A stretch of DNA of 36,835 nt, from the NCBI GenBank assembly GCA_023391725.1, contig JAEWAH010000052.1, forward strand, positions 1-36,835, in the 5' to 3' direction. The stretch's first letter is position 1. Every line of letters starts with the position of its first letter. Below the pieces are notes generated by a model. That model saw nothing but the letters and a program-made list of their open reading frames with translations. It searched no databases and was not told where the DNA came from. Positions 16,874 through 25,122 of this stretch are shown one piece after another. The position numbers were made by a program, and so were the translations under genes. This DNA comes from Bacillota bacterium (GTDB lineage Bacteria > Bacillota > Clostridia > Christensenellales > Aristaeellaceae).

Positions 16874-17727
16874 GCTTTTTTGCCTGCCCGGGATTCCGCA
16901 ATTTGAAGGGTGTTGCTCATCAGCATGGCCACGGTCATCAGCCCTACCCCGCCGGGCACCGGGGAAATATACCCCGCCACCTCTTTGGCGGCGTCAAAGT
17001 CCACATCCCCCACCACTTTGCCGTCCACCCGGTTGATGCCCACGTCGACGACGACGGCGCCGGGCTTGACCATATCCCCGGTAATGAACTTGGCACGCCC
17101 CACCGCGGCAACAAGAATATCAGCGCGGCTGGTGTGGACCTTTAAGTCCTTTGTGCGGGAATGGCACACGGTGACGGTGGCATTCTGCTGCAGGAGAAGA
17201 AGCGCGATGGGCTTGCCCACGTTGTTGCTGCGGCCCACCACCACCGCTTCCTTGCCGCTGAGCGATACGTCGGTGGAACGGATCATTTCCATGACGCCGG
17301 CGGGGGTGCAGGCTACCAGGGTATCAAGCCCCGCGAAAAGCTTGCCCATGTTCATGGCGTGGAACCCATCCACATCCTTATCCGGGCGGATCAGGGAAAG
17401 CGCCGCCGCCTCGTTCAAATGACCCGGCAGGGGCACCTGCACCAGGATGCCATCGGTGTTTTCATCCTCGTTGAAATGCTTGATGTGCGCTTCCAACTCT
17501 TGCTGCGTGGTTTCCGCGGGCAGACGCATCACGGTGGAGGCGATGCCCACGCGGGCGCAGGCCTTTTCTTTGTTGCGCACATAGATTTGGCTGGCCGGGT
17601 CCTCCCCTACCAGGATCACCACAAGGCCCGGCGTCACGCCCAGGGCAGCCAATTTTGCGGCCCGCTCCGCCAGTTTCTCATAAAGCGATGCAGAAAGGAC
17701 CTTCCCGTCAATCAGTTGTGCCGCCAT
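16870..17727 (-). CDS. folD: bifunctional methylenetetrahydrofolate dehydrogenase/cyclohydrolase
   Basis: MAAQLIDGK... N-terminus, YVRNKEKAC, GILVQVPLP, VVVGRSNNVGKP, PVPGGVGLMT motifs. Confidence 0.95.
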   Translation of the reverse strand: MAAQLIDGKVLSASLYEKLAERAAKLAALGVTPGLVVILVGEDPASQIYVRNKEKACARVGIASTVMRLPAETTQQELEAHIKHFNEDENTDGILVQVPLPGHLNEAAALSLIRPDKDVDGFHAMNMGKLFAGLDTLVACTPAGVMEMIRSTDVSLSGKEAVVVGRSNNVGKPIALLLLQQNATVTVCHSRTKDLKVHTSRADILVAAVGRAKFITGDMVKPGAVVVDVGINRVDGKVVGDVDFDAAKEVAGYISPVPGGVGLMTVAMLMSNTLQIAESRAGKKA

Positions 17728-18688
17728 GCGCTCCATCCCTTTCCATGCTTTTGTAGCTGTCTAAACCAATCAGTGCCGTCCCTACGGCGTTATCGCCGGA
17801 ATAATCGGGATGGCCAAAGTATACTTCGGTCTGAAGATCCAGCTTGTGAAGGCGCTTTCTAACAAGTTCCCGAAATAAGGGGGAGGAGGCCACGCCCCCC
17901 GCCGCCAGCGCCTGTGTAAGCCCTGTCTTGCGCGCCGCTCCCAGGATCAGCCGGGCCACGGTGCGGGAAAGAAAATCATAAATCTCCGCCGCCACGTCCT
18001 CCGGGGTCTTCTCCCCCGCTTTCAGCCAACAAAGGGCTCTTGTCTCCGCCCCGGAAAGGTGGCAGCTTAAGTCCTCGTCCGCCATGTTCACGGGAATGAG
18101 ACTTTGGGCTTGTCCCCTGTGCGCCAACTCCTCCAGGTGGGGCCCGCAGGGAAAGGGCAACCCCAGCACCACGCCCACCCGGTCCACCAACTGCCCGGCA
18201 TGAAGATCGCGTGTGCCGCCCAGCAGCTCAATAGTCCCGGATTTGTAATGAAGGATCTCCGTAGTGCCCCCGGACAGGTGCAGCGCCAGGAAGTCGGAGG
18301 CATTAAGCCCCGAATCCACCATGGCGGCCCTTACATGCCCCGCCTGGTGGCTGGCCGCGAAAAAAGGGATGTTCAAAAGGGCGGCCAGGCCGCGCCCCTG
18401 CGCATCCCCTGCTAAAAACACAGGCATATAGGAATCTTCCCCATCCCTGGGGCGCTGGGAGGCGCACACCGCGGCGATCTTATAAGAAGCGGTGACCTTC
18501 CCCAGCTTTTCCATCAGCTCCGGCAGCTGCCGAACATGGGCAAAAACCGCCTCGCTCTGGCGAAGTCCCCTTTGGCCCTGCGGCACAGGCAGAAGCTTAC
18601 GCAGGCTGGCTAAGATGCGCCCGTCCTCAGTAACCGCCGCAACGGATGTGGTGTAGCAGCTGGTATCCAGCCCGATGACGGCCTTCAC
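17708..18688 (-). CDS. Kae1/TsaD (peptidase M22, ASKHA-fold) family protein, TsaD paralogue-like
   Basis: GLDTSCYTTS N-terminus, HxxxH metal motif SHQAGH, GGVASS and SGDNAVG motifs equivalent to TsaD GGVAAN / CTDNAAM. ATGA overlap with nusB. Confidence 0.7.
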   Translation of the reverse strand: MKAVIGLDTSCYTTSVAAVTEDGRILASLRKLLPVPQGQRGLRQSEAVFAHVRQLPELMEKLGKVTASYKIAAVCASQRPRDGEDSYMPVFLAGDAQGRGLAALLNIPFFAASHQAGHVRAAMVDSGLNASDFLALHLSGGTTEILHYKSGTIELLGGTRDLHAGQLVDRVGVVLGLPFPCGPHLEELAHRGQAQSLIPVNMADEDLSCHLSGAETRALCWLKAGEKTPEDVAAEIYDFLSRTVARLILGAARKTGLTQALAAGGVASSPLFRELVRKRLHKLDLQTEVYFGHPDYSGDNAVGTALIGLDSYKSMERDGAHGGTTD

Positions 18689-19119
18689 TTTTTTTGTCCG
18701 GCTTCCTTCCGGCGCAGGATGGAGCCCAGAACGCCGTTGATGAAGCGGCTGCCTGCCGGATCGGAATACTTGCCCGCCAGCTCTACCGCCTCGTTGATGG
18801 CCACGCTCCCGGGCACGTCTTCCCTAAACAGGATCTCATACGTAGCCAGGCGCAAAATGGTCAGGTCAACCTTTGCCATCCGCTCCAGGGACCAGTCCAC
18901 ACTGAATTCCTCGATCTGTGCGTCGATTTCTTGCTGATGGGCGGATATCCCGGAAAGCACCTCATCGATATACTTTTGATCCTCCGAAGAAGGCGCATTT
19001 TCCTTGCCTCCGTCCAGATGCTCGTATACCAAGTCCAGCGTTTCACCGCCGCCCTGGCCGCCCAGCAGCCGCTCGTACACCAATTGCATCGCCGCCGCCC
19101 GCGCGGTCGTACGCCCCAT
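18685..19119 (-). CDS. nusB: transcription antitermination factor NusB
   Basis: 144 aa. ARAAAMQLVYE... and AINEAVELAGKY motifs typical of NusB. Confidence 0.9.
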   Translation of the reverse strand: MGRTTARAAAMQLVYERLLGGQGGGETLDLVYEHLDGGKENAPSSEDQKYIDEVLSGISAHQQEIDAQIEEFSVDWSLERMAKVDLTILRLATYEILFREDVPGSVAINEAVELAGKYSDPAGSRFINGVLGSILRRKEAGQKK

Positions 19120-19154
19120 ATGTAAAGCACTCCGTTTCTTTCTTTGGCCGCCGC

Positions 19155-19394
19155 TCAGCCGTTCTGCCGTGGCGGGAAAATACGATTGATCAGGTTTTTG
19201 ATAAAGGCGACCTTATCCTTGACTCCGCCGAAGAATAGCCCCAGCGCAAACAATACCGCAACAAAGAGGGTCTTCCAGAACCCCACGAACAAGAGCAGAA
19301 GCGCAACCACTACCCCAACGATGCCCCAGAAGATGCCGCACTGGGGAGTGCCCCACTCCATCACTTCATGAAATAATTCTTCAAGGCGTTTCAT
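19155..19394 (-). CDS. DUF2273-type small integral membrane protein (Asp23 operon partner)
   Basis: ATG 19394 (MKRLEELFHE...) has GGAGGAGG 6 nt upstream. Two TM helices. Context is asp23-amaP. Confidence 0.7.
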   Translation of the reverse strand: MKRLEELFHEVMEWGTPQCGIFWGIVGVVVALLLLFVGFWKTLFVAVLFALGLFFGGVKDKVAFIKNLINRIFPPRQNG

Positions 19395-20379
19395 CGGCAT
19401 CCTCCTCCTGCGGCTCGGGCTCGAACTCAAAGGTGGAATCTTCCTGCTCGGAATCTTCCAGATCTACAGATCCCGGCGTGTCAGGCCCGGGCTTCCTTCC
19501 CAGGTGCGGAGGCACGGGAACGATAGTCGATTGCTCCAGCTGCGGAGGCACGGGCACAATGGCCGGCTGCTCCCTGTGCCCAAACAAACGCTGGTGCAGG
19601 GGGCGCTTTTTTTCATCCTTATCCGGCGCTGTTTCCGGGAATCCCATGGCCCTTGGGTCCATAGCGGGCTTATACATCACCGGGGGCTCGGCCGCGCGGG
19701 GAGTGGGGTCCACGTTCGCGCGGGCAGGAGGCTCGGCAGTGCGCATCGGAACATCGGCCATGCGCGAAGGCGGAGGCGATTCCACAGGCTCTGCCTTGAG
19801 AGAGGTGCCTGCAAAATTATCCTTCACCGCGTAGGGGCTGTAGTCTGCTTTATCTCCGGTGGTTTCTACCTGCACGCGAACCTGCGCCACATCGATGCCG
19901 GAACAGGATGTGATGTATTGCTTGATCTGTTTTTGCAGCGTGTTCACCACCAAAGGAATGCTCACGCCGCTGGCCAGGCTGATGCGAAGATCCACCACCA
20001 CGCCATCCCGGGTATTTTCGATATGGCTGCCGGTGACGCGCATCTCCTCATACATGTCCACGCACTTTTTCACCAGGTTCTCCATGGCGTGGATGGAGAT
20101 GCTCAGCTCTCCATGTTCCGTATGCTGGACTACAAAGCCCTTTTTATCCTGCTTGCGGCGCCAAAGAAACGAAAGGCTGTGCGCACCCAGCGCGGCCATT
20201 ACGACACCAACGCCTAAGGCCAGGAACAGGATCAGGCGGGATACCGTTTTGGCGGTGAGCACATCCAGCCAGTCCTTGGGAATACCACGGATACCCCAAA
20301 GGAAGACCACAAGCCCCAACAAAAACAGTACAAGCCCCGCTATGGCCGCCAGAAGGCGATCCCAGAAACGCAGTCTCAT
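19381..20379 (-). CDS. amaP: alkaline shock response membrane anchor protein AmaP with a proline-rich C-terminal extension
   Basis: ATG 20379 (MRLRFWDRLL...) has GGAGG 6 nt upstream. Two N-terminal TM helices plus an Asp23-like fold region. The tail contains a tandem IVPVPPQL / IVPVPPHL. Confidence 0.7.
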   Translation of the reverse strand: MRLRFWDRLLAAIAGLVLFLLGLVVFLWGIRGIPKDWLDVLTAKTVSRLILFLALGVGVVMAALGAHSLSFLWRRKQDKKGFVVQHTEHGELSISIHAMENLVKKCVDMYEEMRVTGSHIENTRDGVVVDLRISLASGVSIPLVVNTLQKQIKQYITSCSGIDVAQVRVQVETTGDKADYSPYAVKDNFAGTSLKAEPVESPPPSRMADVPMRTAEPPARANVDPTPRAAEPPVMYKPAMDPRAMGFPETAPDKDEKKRPLHQRLFGHREQPAIVPVPPQLEQSTIVPVPPHLGRKPGPDTPGSVDLEDSEQEDSTFEFEPEPQEEDADETP

Positions 20380-20668
20380 AATCCACCTCCCGGTTTCGTG
20401 CAAAGGCCAAGCGCCTTTGCATGAGGTTGCGCGATTTTCCAGCCCGGAGACTGACCTTGATATTGAAAGGAACTTTGAGCCTGCAAACGCAACGGCGCGA
20501 AGGCTGTAAGGAGTGTTTGCTTTGTGACCCCAGCCCGCAGTTCAAAGACTGTTTCGGTGCAGGGGATGGCCAACAGGGTTTTGCTTTAAAAGCAAGCCCC
20601 TTCATTGCGCTTGTAAGGCGGGCCGATACTTCTATATCATATTGGATCCACAGGCTGCCTTATGCCGA

Positions 20669-21469
20669 TTACTTCCTAGGCCCCGCCGCGGGCTTTTTGC
20701 CCTTGGGCGGCTTGCCAGGATTTTGGGCCGCGGGTTCCGGCTGGGGGGCGGGCGCTTCGGGTTCTTCCGCCGGCTTTTCTACTTCCGGTTCCTCGGCTGC
20801 TTCCGCTTTTTCTGCTTCGGGCTCGGGAATTTCAACCGCTTCTTCGGCTTCTTCTTCCGGTACGGCAGTCATTTCGGCCGCAAGCTCCGCATCCAGCTGC
20901 GCTTCCACTTCATCCGGTTCATCCTCCGGCTCGGTTTCGTCGCGCTGATCTTCTTCCTCCTCCACCAGCTCCACCTTGACGGGCGGGACGGTGGGTTCGG
21001 GAGCCGCTTCCTTTTCGCCAGGAACGGCCTTGAACAGTTCGCCGCTGGCAAGCGCCGCGCTTTGCAGGCCCTTTTCCAGTGCCTTGTTTTCTTTTTCGAA
21101 GCTCACGCCCTGCACATGCACGTCTACGCGCACCACATGCAGCCCGGTCATGGTCTCGATGGCTTTGCGAACGCTTTCCTGGGCGTCATGGGCGGCCTTC
21201 TGGATGGGCGTGCCGTATTCCACGATGACGTACAGGTCCACAGAGGTCTCTTCGGTGCCCAATTCCACCTTGACCCCCCTGGTGATATTCCGGTTGCGGC
21301 CCAGAATATCGGAAAAACCACCGCTGGTGCACATGCCGGCAATGCCCTCCACCTCGCTGGTGGCCACCCCCGCGATGATGGCAATGACCTCATTGGCATA
21401 AGTAATGGAACCGGTGCTTTCCATATCGTTTTCCACGTTCAGGGGAAGATTATCTTTCTTAGTGGGCAT
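20669..21469 (-). CDS. asp23: Asp23/Gls24 family envelope stress protein with a long acidic C-terminal tail
   Basis: ATG 21469 has AAGGAGGTG 8 nt upstream. Core ITYANEVIAIIAGVATSEVEGIAGM. Roughly the last 110-120 residues are E/P/A-rich low complexity ending in a basic patch. Confidence 0.85.
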   Translation of the reverse strand: MPTKKDNLPLNVENDMESTGSITYANEVIAIIAGVATSEVEGIAGMCTSGGFSDILGRNRNITRGVKVELGTEETSVDLYVIVEYGTPIQKAAHDAQESVRKAIETMTGLHVVRVDVHVQGVSFEKENKALEKGLQSAALASGELFKAVPGEKEAAPEPTVPPVKVELVEEEEDQRDETEPEDEPDEVEAQLDAELAAEMTAVPEEEAEEAVEIPEPEAEKAEAAEEPEVEKPAEEPEAPAPQPEPAAQNPGKPPKGKKPAAGPRK

Positions 21470-21498
21470 ACCCAACGCACCTCCTTGCGGTAAATAAT

Positions 21499-21527
21499 AG
21501 TATAGCAGGTTTTGCCTTGCAGTTCAA
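21499..21527 (-). promoter_or_regulatory. sigma-A type promoter of the asp23 operon
   Basis: The minus strand reads TTGAAC (21527-21522), a 17-nt spacer, then TATACT (21504-21499), about 30 nt upstream of the asp23 start. Confidence 0.6.
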
Positions 21528-21550
21528 GAAAATGCCTTCGGCATTTTCTT
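21526..21550 (-). terminator. terminator-like hairpin ending the aspS transcription unit
   Basis: The minus strand reads aagaaaatgcc-gaa-ggcattttctt, with flanking A and T tracts as in bidirectional intrinsic terminators. Confidence 0.55.
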
Positions 21551-21556
21551 GAGCTC

Positions 21557-21620
21557 GCCTTTCGCCTGCAGGCTTCAGGTTCGGGGAGGGCCCTCCCTTC
21601 GCCTGCGGCCGGCGAAAGGC
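21557..21620. other. long compound GC-rich hairpin
   Basis: gcctttcgcc+tgcaggc ... gggagggccctccc ... gcctgc+ggcgaaaggc. The outer 10-bp arms are at 21557-21566 and 21611-21620. Confidence 0.6.
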
Positions 21621-21729
21621 ATAAGAAATGTTTGCTCCGCAAACCCCTCCCCCGGCGGCAAAGCCGCCGGAGACGATTTCAAACGAGGGGGCCGCGGCCC
21701 TCTTGTTGCCCCCCGGGGCAGTTATATGA

Positions 21730-21770
21730 TCGCCCAGCATGGGGATTCTCAAGGGGTTCTATCCCTTGAG
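21730..21770 (-). repeat. family D repeat, copy D3 (inverted)
   Basis: Its reverse complement reads ctcaagggatagaaccccttgagaatccccatgctgggcga, matching D2 and D1. Confidence 0.8.
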
Positions 21771-21796
21771 TGGGGGACCAGGGGGCAAAGCCCCCT

Positions 21797-23584
21797 TCAT
21801 GCTTCTGTCTTGATCTTCAGCAGCTTCAATTGGTCTTCCTGCACGGTGGCGGGAGTATCCATCATCAGGCAGGCGCCGCTCTGGATCTTGGGGAAAGCCA
21901 GCACATCGCGCAGACTTTCGGCGCCCTTTAGGATCATCACCAGCCGGTCGATGCCAAAGGCGAAGCCGCCATGGGGAGGAGTGCCGTACTTGAAGGCCTC
22001 CAGGAGGAAGCCAAAGCGGTTCCAGGCTTCTTCCTTGGTAAAGCCAAGCAGGCGGAACATGCGCTCCTGCAGGTCGCTGGCGTGGATTCGGATACTGCCA
22101 GAGCCCATTTCGATGCCGTTCATGACCAGGTCGTAGGCTTTGGCGCGCACACGGCCCGGATCCGTCTCCATGTACTCAAAGTCCTCGTCCATGGGGCTGG
22201 TAAAGGGGTGATGCATGGCCACAAAGCGGTTGTCCTCTTCGACCCACTCCAAAAGGGGGAACTCCGTGACCCAGAAGAGGTTGTACTTGGTCCGGTCGAT
22301 GAGGTTAAGCTGCGCGCCCAGCTTCAAACGAAGCTGGCCCAGGGCGGTAAGAGCCGTATACTTTTTGTCCGCGATGACGAACACCGCGTCGCCTGCGCCC
22401 GCGCCCAATTTGTCCAGCAGGTTTTGCATGGTGCCTTCCGCCATGGCCTTGGCGAAGGAGGAGCGCAGCGTGCCGTCCTGCTGGACGGCAGCCCAGGCCA
22501 AGCCCTTGACGTGATATGTTTTCACGAACTCCGAAAGGGCATCCATGTCCTTGCGGGAGAGCTTTTCAGCGGCATCCTTGGCACACAGGGCTACGATGGT
22601 CTTGCCTTCTGACAGGGCGGATTCAAACACCGTAAAGCCGCAGCCGCGCACCGTCTCGCCTACATCGGTGATCTCCATACCAAAGCGGGTGTCGGGCTTG
22701 TCGGAACCGTACGTTTCCATGGCGTGCTTCCAGGTCATGCGAGGCAGGGGCAATTGAATGTCAATGTTCATCAGATCGTGGAACACGTCCTTGTAGGCGC
22801 GCTCCACGACGCCCTGAATGTCCTCGGGCTCGATGAAGGACATTTCCATATCGAACTGGGTGAACTCCGGCTGGCGGTCTGCCCGGCCATCCTCATCACG
22901 GAAGCAGCGCGCCACCTGATAATACCTGTCCATGCCGGCCAGCATCAAAAGCTGCTTGTAGATTTGCGGGCTTTGGGGCAGGGCATAGAAGGTCCCGGGC
23001 TTTACGCGACTGGGGACCAGATAGTCCCGTGCCCCTTCCGGGGTGGATTTTGTCAGAATCGGAGTTTCGATCTCCACAAACCCTTCGGAATCCATATGAT
23101 TACGGAGAGTAGATACCACTTTATGCCTGAACCGCAGCATTTCCTGCATGGAGGGGCGGCGCAGATCAAGGTACCTGTATTTGAGGCGCAAGGCTTCGGA
23201 TTCCTTGGTGTCCTCCTCGATATAGATGGGCGGTGTGTCGGCGCGGTTGAGGATCTTGAGTTCCTTCACCATCACTTCTACCTTGCCGGTGGGCATCTTG
23301 TCGTTGACCGCATCGGCGGCGCGCAAGGATACACTGCCTTTCACGGCGGCCACGAACTCGCCCCGCAGCTCCTCCGCCAGGGCAAAGGTATTGCTATCGC
23401 AGGTATTCACGTCGAATACAGCCTGCACGATACCGGAGCGGTCGCGCAGCCACACAAACAGGATGCCCCCCAGGTTCCGGGCCCGCTGGACCCAGCCCAT
23501 CAACGTCACTTCCTGGTTCACCATGGTCTCGCGGACTTCGCCGCACATATGACTGCGTTTCCAGCCGCCCAAGAATTCCGCCAT
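21797..23584 (-). CDS. aspS: aspartate--tRNA ligase
   Basis: Start moved to ATG 23584 (MAEFLGGWKRSHMCGEV...) with GGGAGGAAA upstream. Motifs GWVQRARNLGGILFVWLRDRSG, FRDEDGRADRQPEFTQ, AMHHPFTSP, GGFAFGIDRL. Confidence 0.95.
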   Translation of the reverse strand: MAEFLGGWKRSHMCGEVRETMVNQEVTLMGWVQRARNLGGILFVWLRDRSGIVQAVFDVNTCDSNTFALAEELRGEFVAAVKGSVSLRAADAVNDKMPTGKVEVMVKELKILNRADTPPIYIEEDTKESEALRLKYRYLDLRRPSMQEMLRFRHKVVSTLRNHMDSEGFVEIETPILTKSTPEGARDYLVPSRVKPGTFYALPQSPQIYKQLLMLAGMDRYYQVARCFRDEDGRADRQPEFTQFDMEMSFIEPEDIQGVVERAYKDVFHDLMNIDIQLPLPRMTWKHAMETYGSDKPDTRFGMEITDVGETVRGCGFTVFESALSEGKTIVALCAKDAAEKLSRKDMDALSEFVKTYHVKGLAWAAVQQDGTLRSSFAKAMAEGTMQNLLDKLGAGAGDAVFVIADKKYTALTALGQLRLKLGAQLNLIDRTKYNLFWVTEFPLLEWVEEDNRFVAMHHPFTSPMDEDFEYMETDPGRVRAKAYDLVMNGIEMGSGSIRIHASDLQERMFRLLGFTKEEAWNRFGFLLEAFKYGTPPHGGFAFGIDRLVMILKGAESLRDVLAFPKIQSGACLMMDTPATVQEDQLKLLKIKTEA

Positions 23585-23657
23585 ACCAATTTCCTCCCTA
23601 TGTTGACGGCGGGATATGCCGCCGCGTCTGATTGACCTTTGAAAAAGCGCCATATTG

Positions 23658-23702
23658 ATTCCCCTCCCATGGAGGGGGGGGCAACAAGGCCGGATGGGTG
23701 GT
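23658..23702 (+). repeat. family C repeat, copy C2
   Basis: ATTCCCCTCC-catg-GGAGGGG-GGGGCAACAAGGCCGGATGGGTGGT. Confidence 0.7.
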
Positions 23703-23735
23703 ACAGAACGACGCATCGAGGTGGCCGCGCTCAAC

Positions 23736-23778
23736 AACCACCCCGGCGCTACGCGCCACCCCTCCATAGGAGGGGAAT
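23736..23778 (-). repeat. family C repeat, copy C3 (inverted relative to C2)
   Basis: aaccaccccggcgctacgcgccacccctccataggaggggaat is nearly identical to 30687-30729. Confidence 0.85.
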
Positions 23779-23802
23779 CACGCCCGCCTGCGCCTCGCCA
23801 AA

Positions 23803-25071
23803 TTAACCCCGAATCACTCCCGCTATAGCTTCCGCCGCGTCAGCGATGGGCAGTTCCTTCTCGTCCTTGCCGTTCATGTCCCGAAGCTTCACGACGCCTT
23901 TTGCCAGCTCATCCCCACCCAGAATGGCGGTGAAGGGGACTTCCAGCCTGCCCGCGTACTTGAACTGGGCTTTGAGGCTCTTTCCCATGTGGTCGCAGTC
24001 CGCTTTGACTCCAGCCCGGCGCAGTTCCTGCACCAGCTGGAAGGCGGGCAGCCTTGCTTCCTCCCCCAGAGCAGCCACAAAAACATCCAGCTGCCGGGAA
24101 TGATCAAGCTCTATCTCCTGGCTGTCCAGCAGCATCAAAAGCCGCTCCATGCCCATGCCAAAGCCCACGCCCGGCATTTCAGGCCCGCCCAGCTCCTCCA
24201 CCAGCCTGTCGTACCTGCCGCCGCCGCACACGGTAAGGTTCCCCTGGGGCGTTTTGGTGATTAGCTCAAACACCGTCTTGGTGTAGTAATCCAAGCCACG
24301 CACGATGCGGCTGTCGATGGCGTATGTGAGCCCGGCGGCGCCCAAAAATCCCTGGAGCTGCTTGAAGTGGTCGGAGCACTCGTCGCAGAGCATATCCAGC
24401 ATGCTGGGGGCATCCTTCACAAGCGCCTGGCAGCTTTCTTCCTTGCAATCCAACACCCGCAGGGGGTTTTTTTCAAATCGCCCCCGGCAAGTCTTGCAAA
24501 GGTTATCCAGACGCTCGGCCAGGAATTCCTTGAGCTTTGCGTGGTAACCCGGGCGGCATTTGGGGCAGCCAATGCTGTTGATGTTTACCGTCAGGTTGGT
24601 GACCCCCAGGCTCTCGATCATGCGCCAGGCCAGGGCGATGATCTCCGCGTCCACCGAAGGGCTTTGCGCGCCAAAACATTCCACGCCGAACTGGTGATGT
24701 TCCCTATACCGTCCGGATTGGGGCGCCTCGTAACGGAAGATGGGCGCGTCCAAATAATACATCTTCACCGGCAGCACATCCGCGTACAGGCTGTGCTCGA
24801 TGAGAGCCCGTACCGCACCTGCCGTGCCCTCGGGCTTTAGTGTGATGGACCTGTCACCCTTGTCTTTGAAGGTGTACATTTCCTTCTGCACGATGTCGGT
24901 GGTATCCCCCACCCCTCGCAAAAACAGCTCCGTATGCTCGAACACCGGGGTGCGCACCTCCCGGTAACCCGCCCGGCCCGCCGCCTCCCGCATGATTTGC
25001 TCCAACGCCTGCCAGCGTCCGCTTTCCTTGGGCAGCACATCCTTGGTGCCCCGTGGCGCCTGTGTAAGCAT
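23803..25071 (-). CDS. hisS: histidine--tRNA ligase
   Basis: Start moved to ATG 25071 (MLTQAPRGTKDVLP...) with AAAGGAGGAAA upstream. Class II HisRS motifs FRYEAPQSGRYREHHQFG and GGGRYD. Confidence 0.95.
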   Translation of the reverse strand: MLTQAPRGTKDVLPKESGRWQALEQIMREAAGRAGYREVRTPVFEHTELFLRGVGDTTDIVQKEMYTFKDKGDRSITLKPEGTAGAVRALIEHSLYADVLPVKMYYLDAPIFRYEAPQSGRYREHHQFGVECFGAQSPSVDAEIIALAWRMIESLGVTNLTVNINSIGCPKCRPGYHAKLKEFLAERLDNLCKTCRGRFEKNPLRVLDCKEESCQALVKDAPSMLDMLCDECSDHFKQLQGFLGAAGLTYAIDSRIVRGLDYYTKTVFELITKTPQGNLTVCGGGRYDRLVEELGGPEMPGVGFGMGMERLLMLLDSQEIELDHSRQLDVFVAALGEEARLPAFQLVQELRRAGVKADCDHMGKSLKAQFKYAGRLEVPFTAILGGDELAKGVVKLRDMNGKDEKELPIADAAEAIAGVIRG

Positions 25072-25122
25072 AGTGATTTCCTCCTTTGGTCTTCTATATA
25101 AAAGGTGTTCCTCTATTGGCAC

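Noticed and set aside
22724-23635. 303-aa plus-strand ORF, and similar long plus-strand ORFs at 16046..16906, 20642..21493, 26406..27221, 7531..8241, 9637..10236 and 19504..20217
   Set aside because: All are antisense to genes with unmistakable homology (aspS, xseA, asp23, ftsK, pgk, cggR, amaP). I recognise no motifs in them, and they are GC-driven open frames.
23696-23704. T-box-like GGGTGGTAC motif in the hisS-aspS spacer
   Set aside because: It is on the plus strand, whereas both tRNA ligase genes are on the minus strand. It is part of the diverged family C copy C2, and I could trace no specifier-loop or antiterminator arrangement.
21797-23767. Long N-terminal extensions in the ORF track (aspS 23767, hisS 25122, tpiA 7435, nifZ 13604, cggR 10232, ftsK 29408, NUDIX 32888 and others)
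   Set aside because: In each case an internal ATG, GTG or TTG with a strong GGAGG-type RBS coincides with the conserved N-terminus of the family. The extensions read through spacers or repeats.
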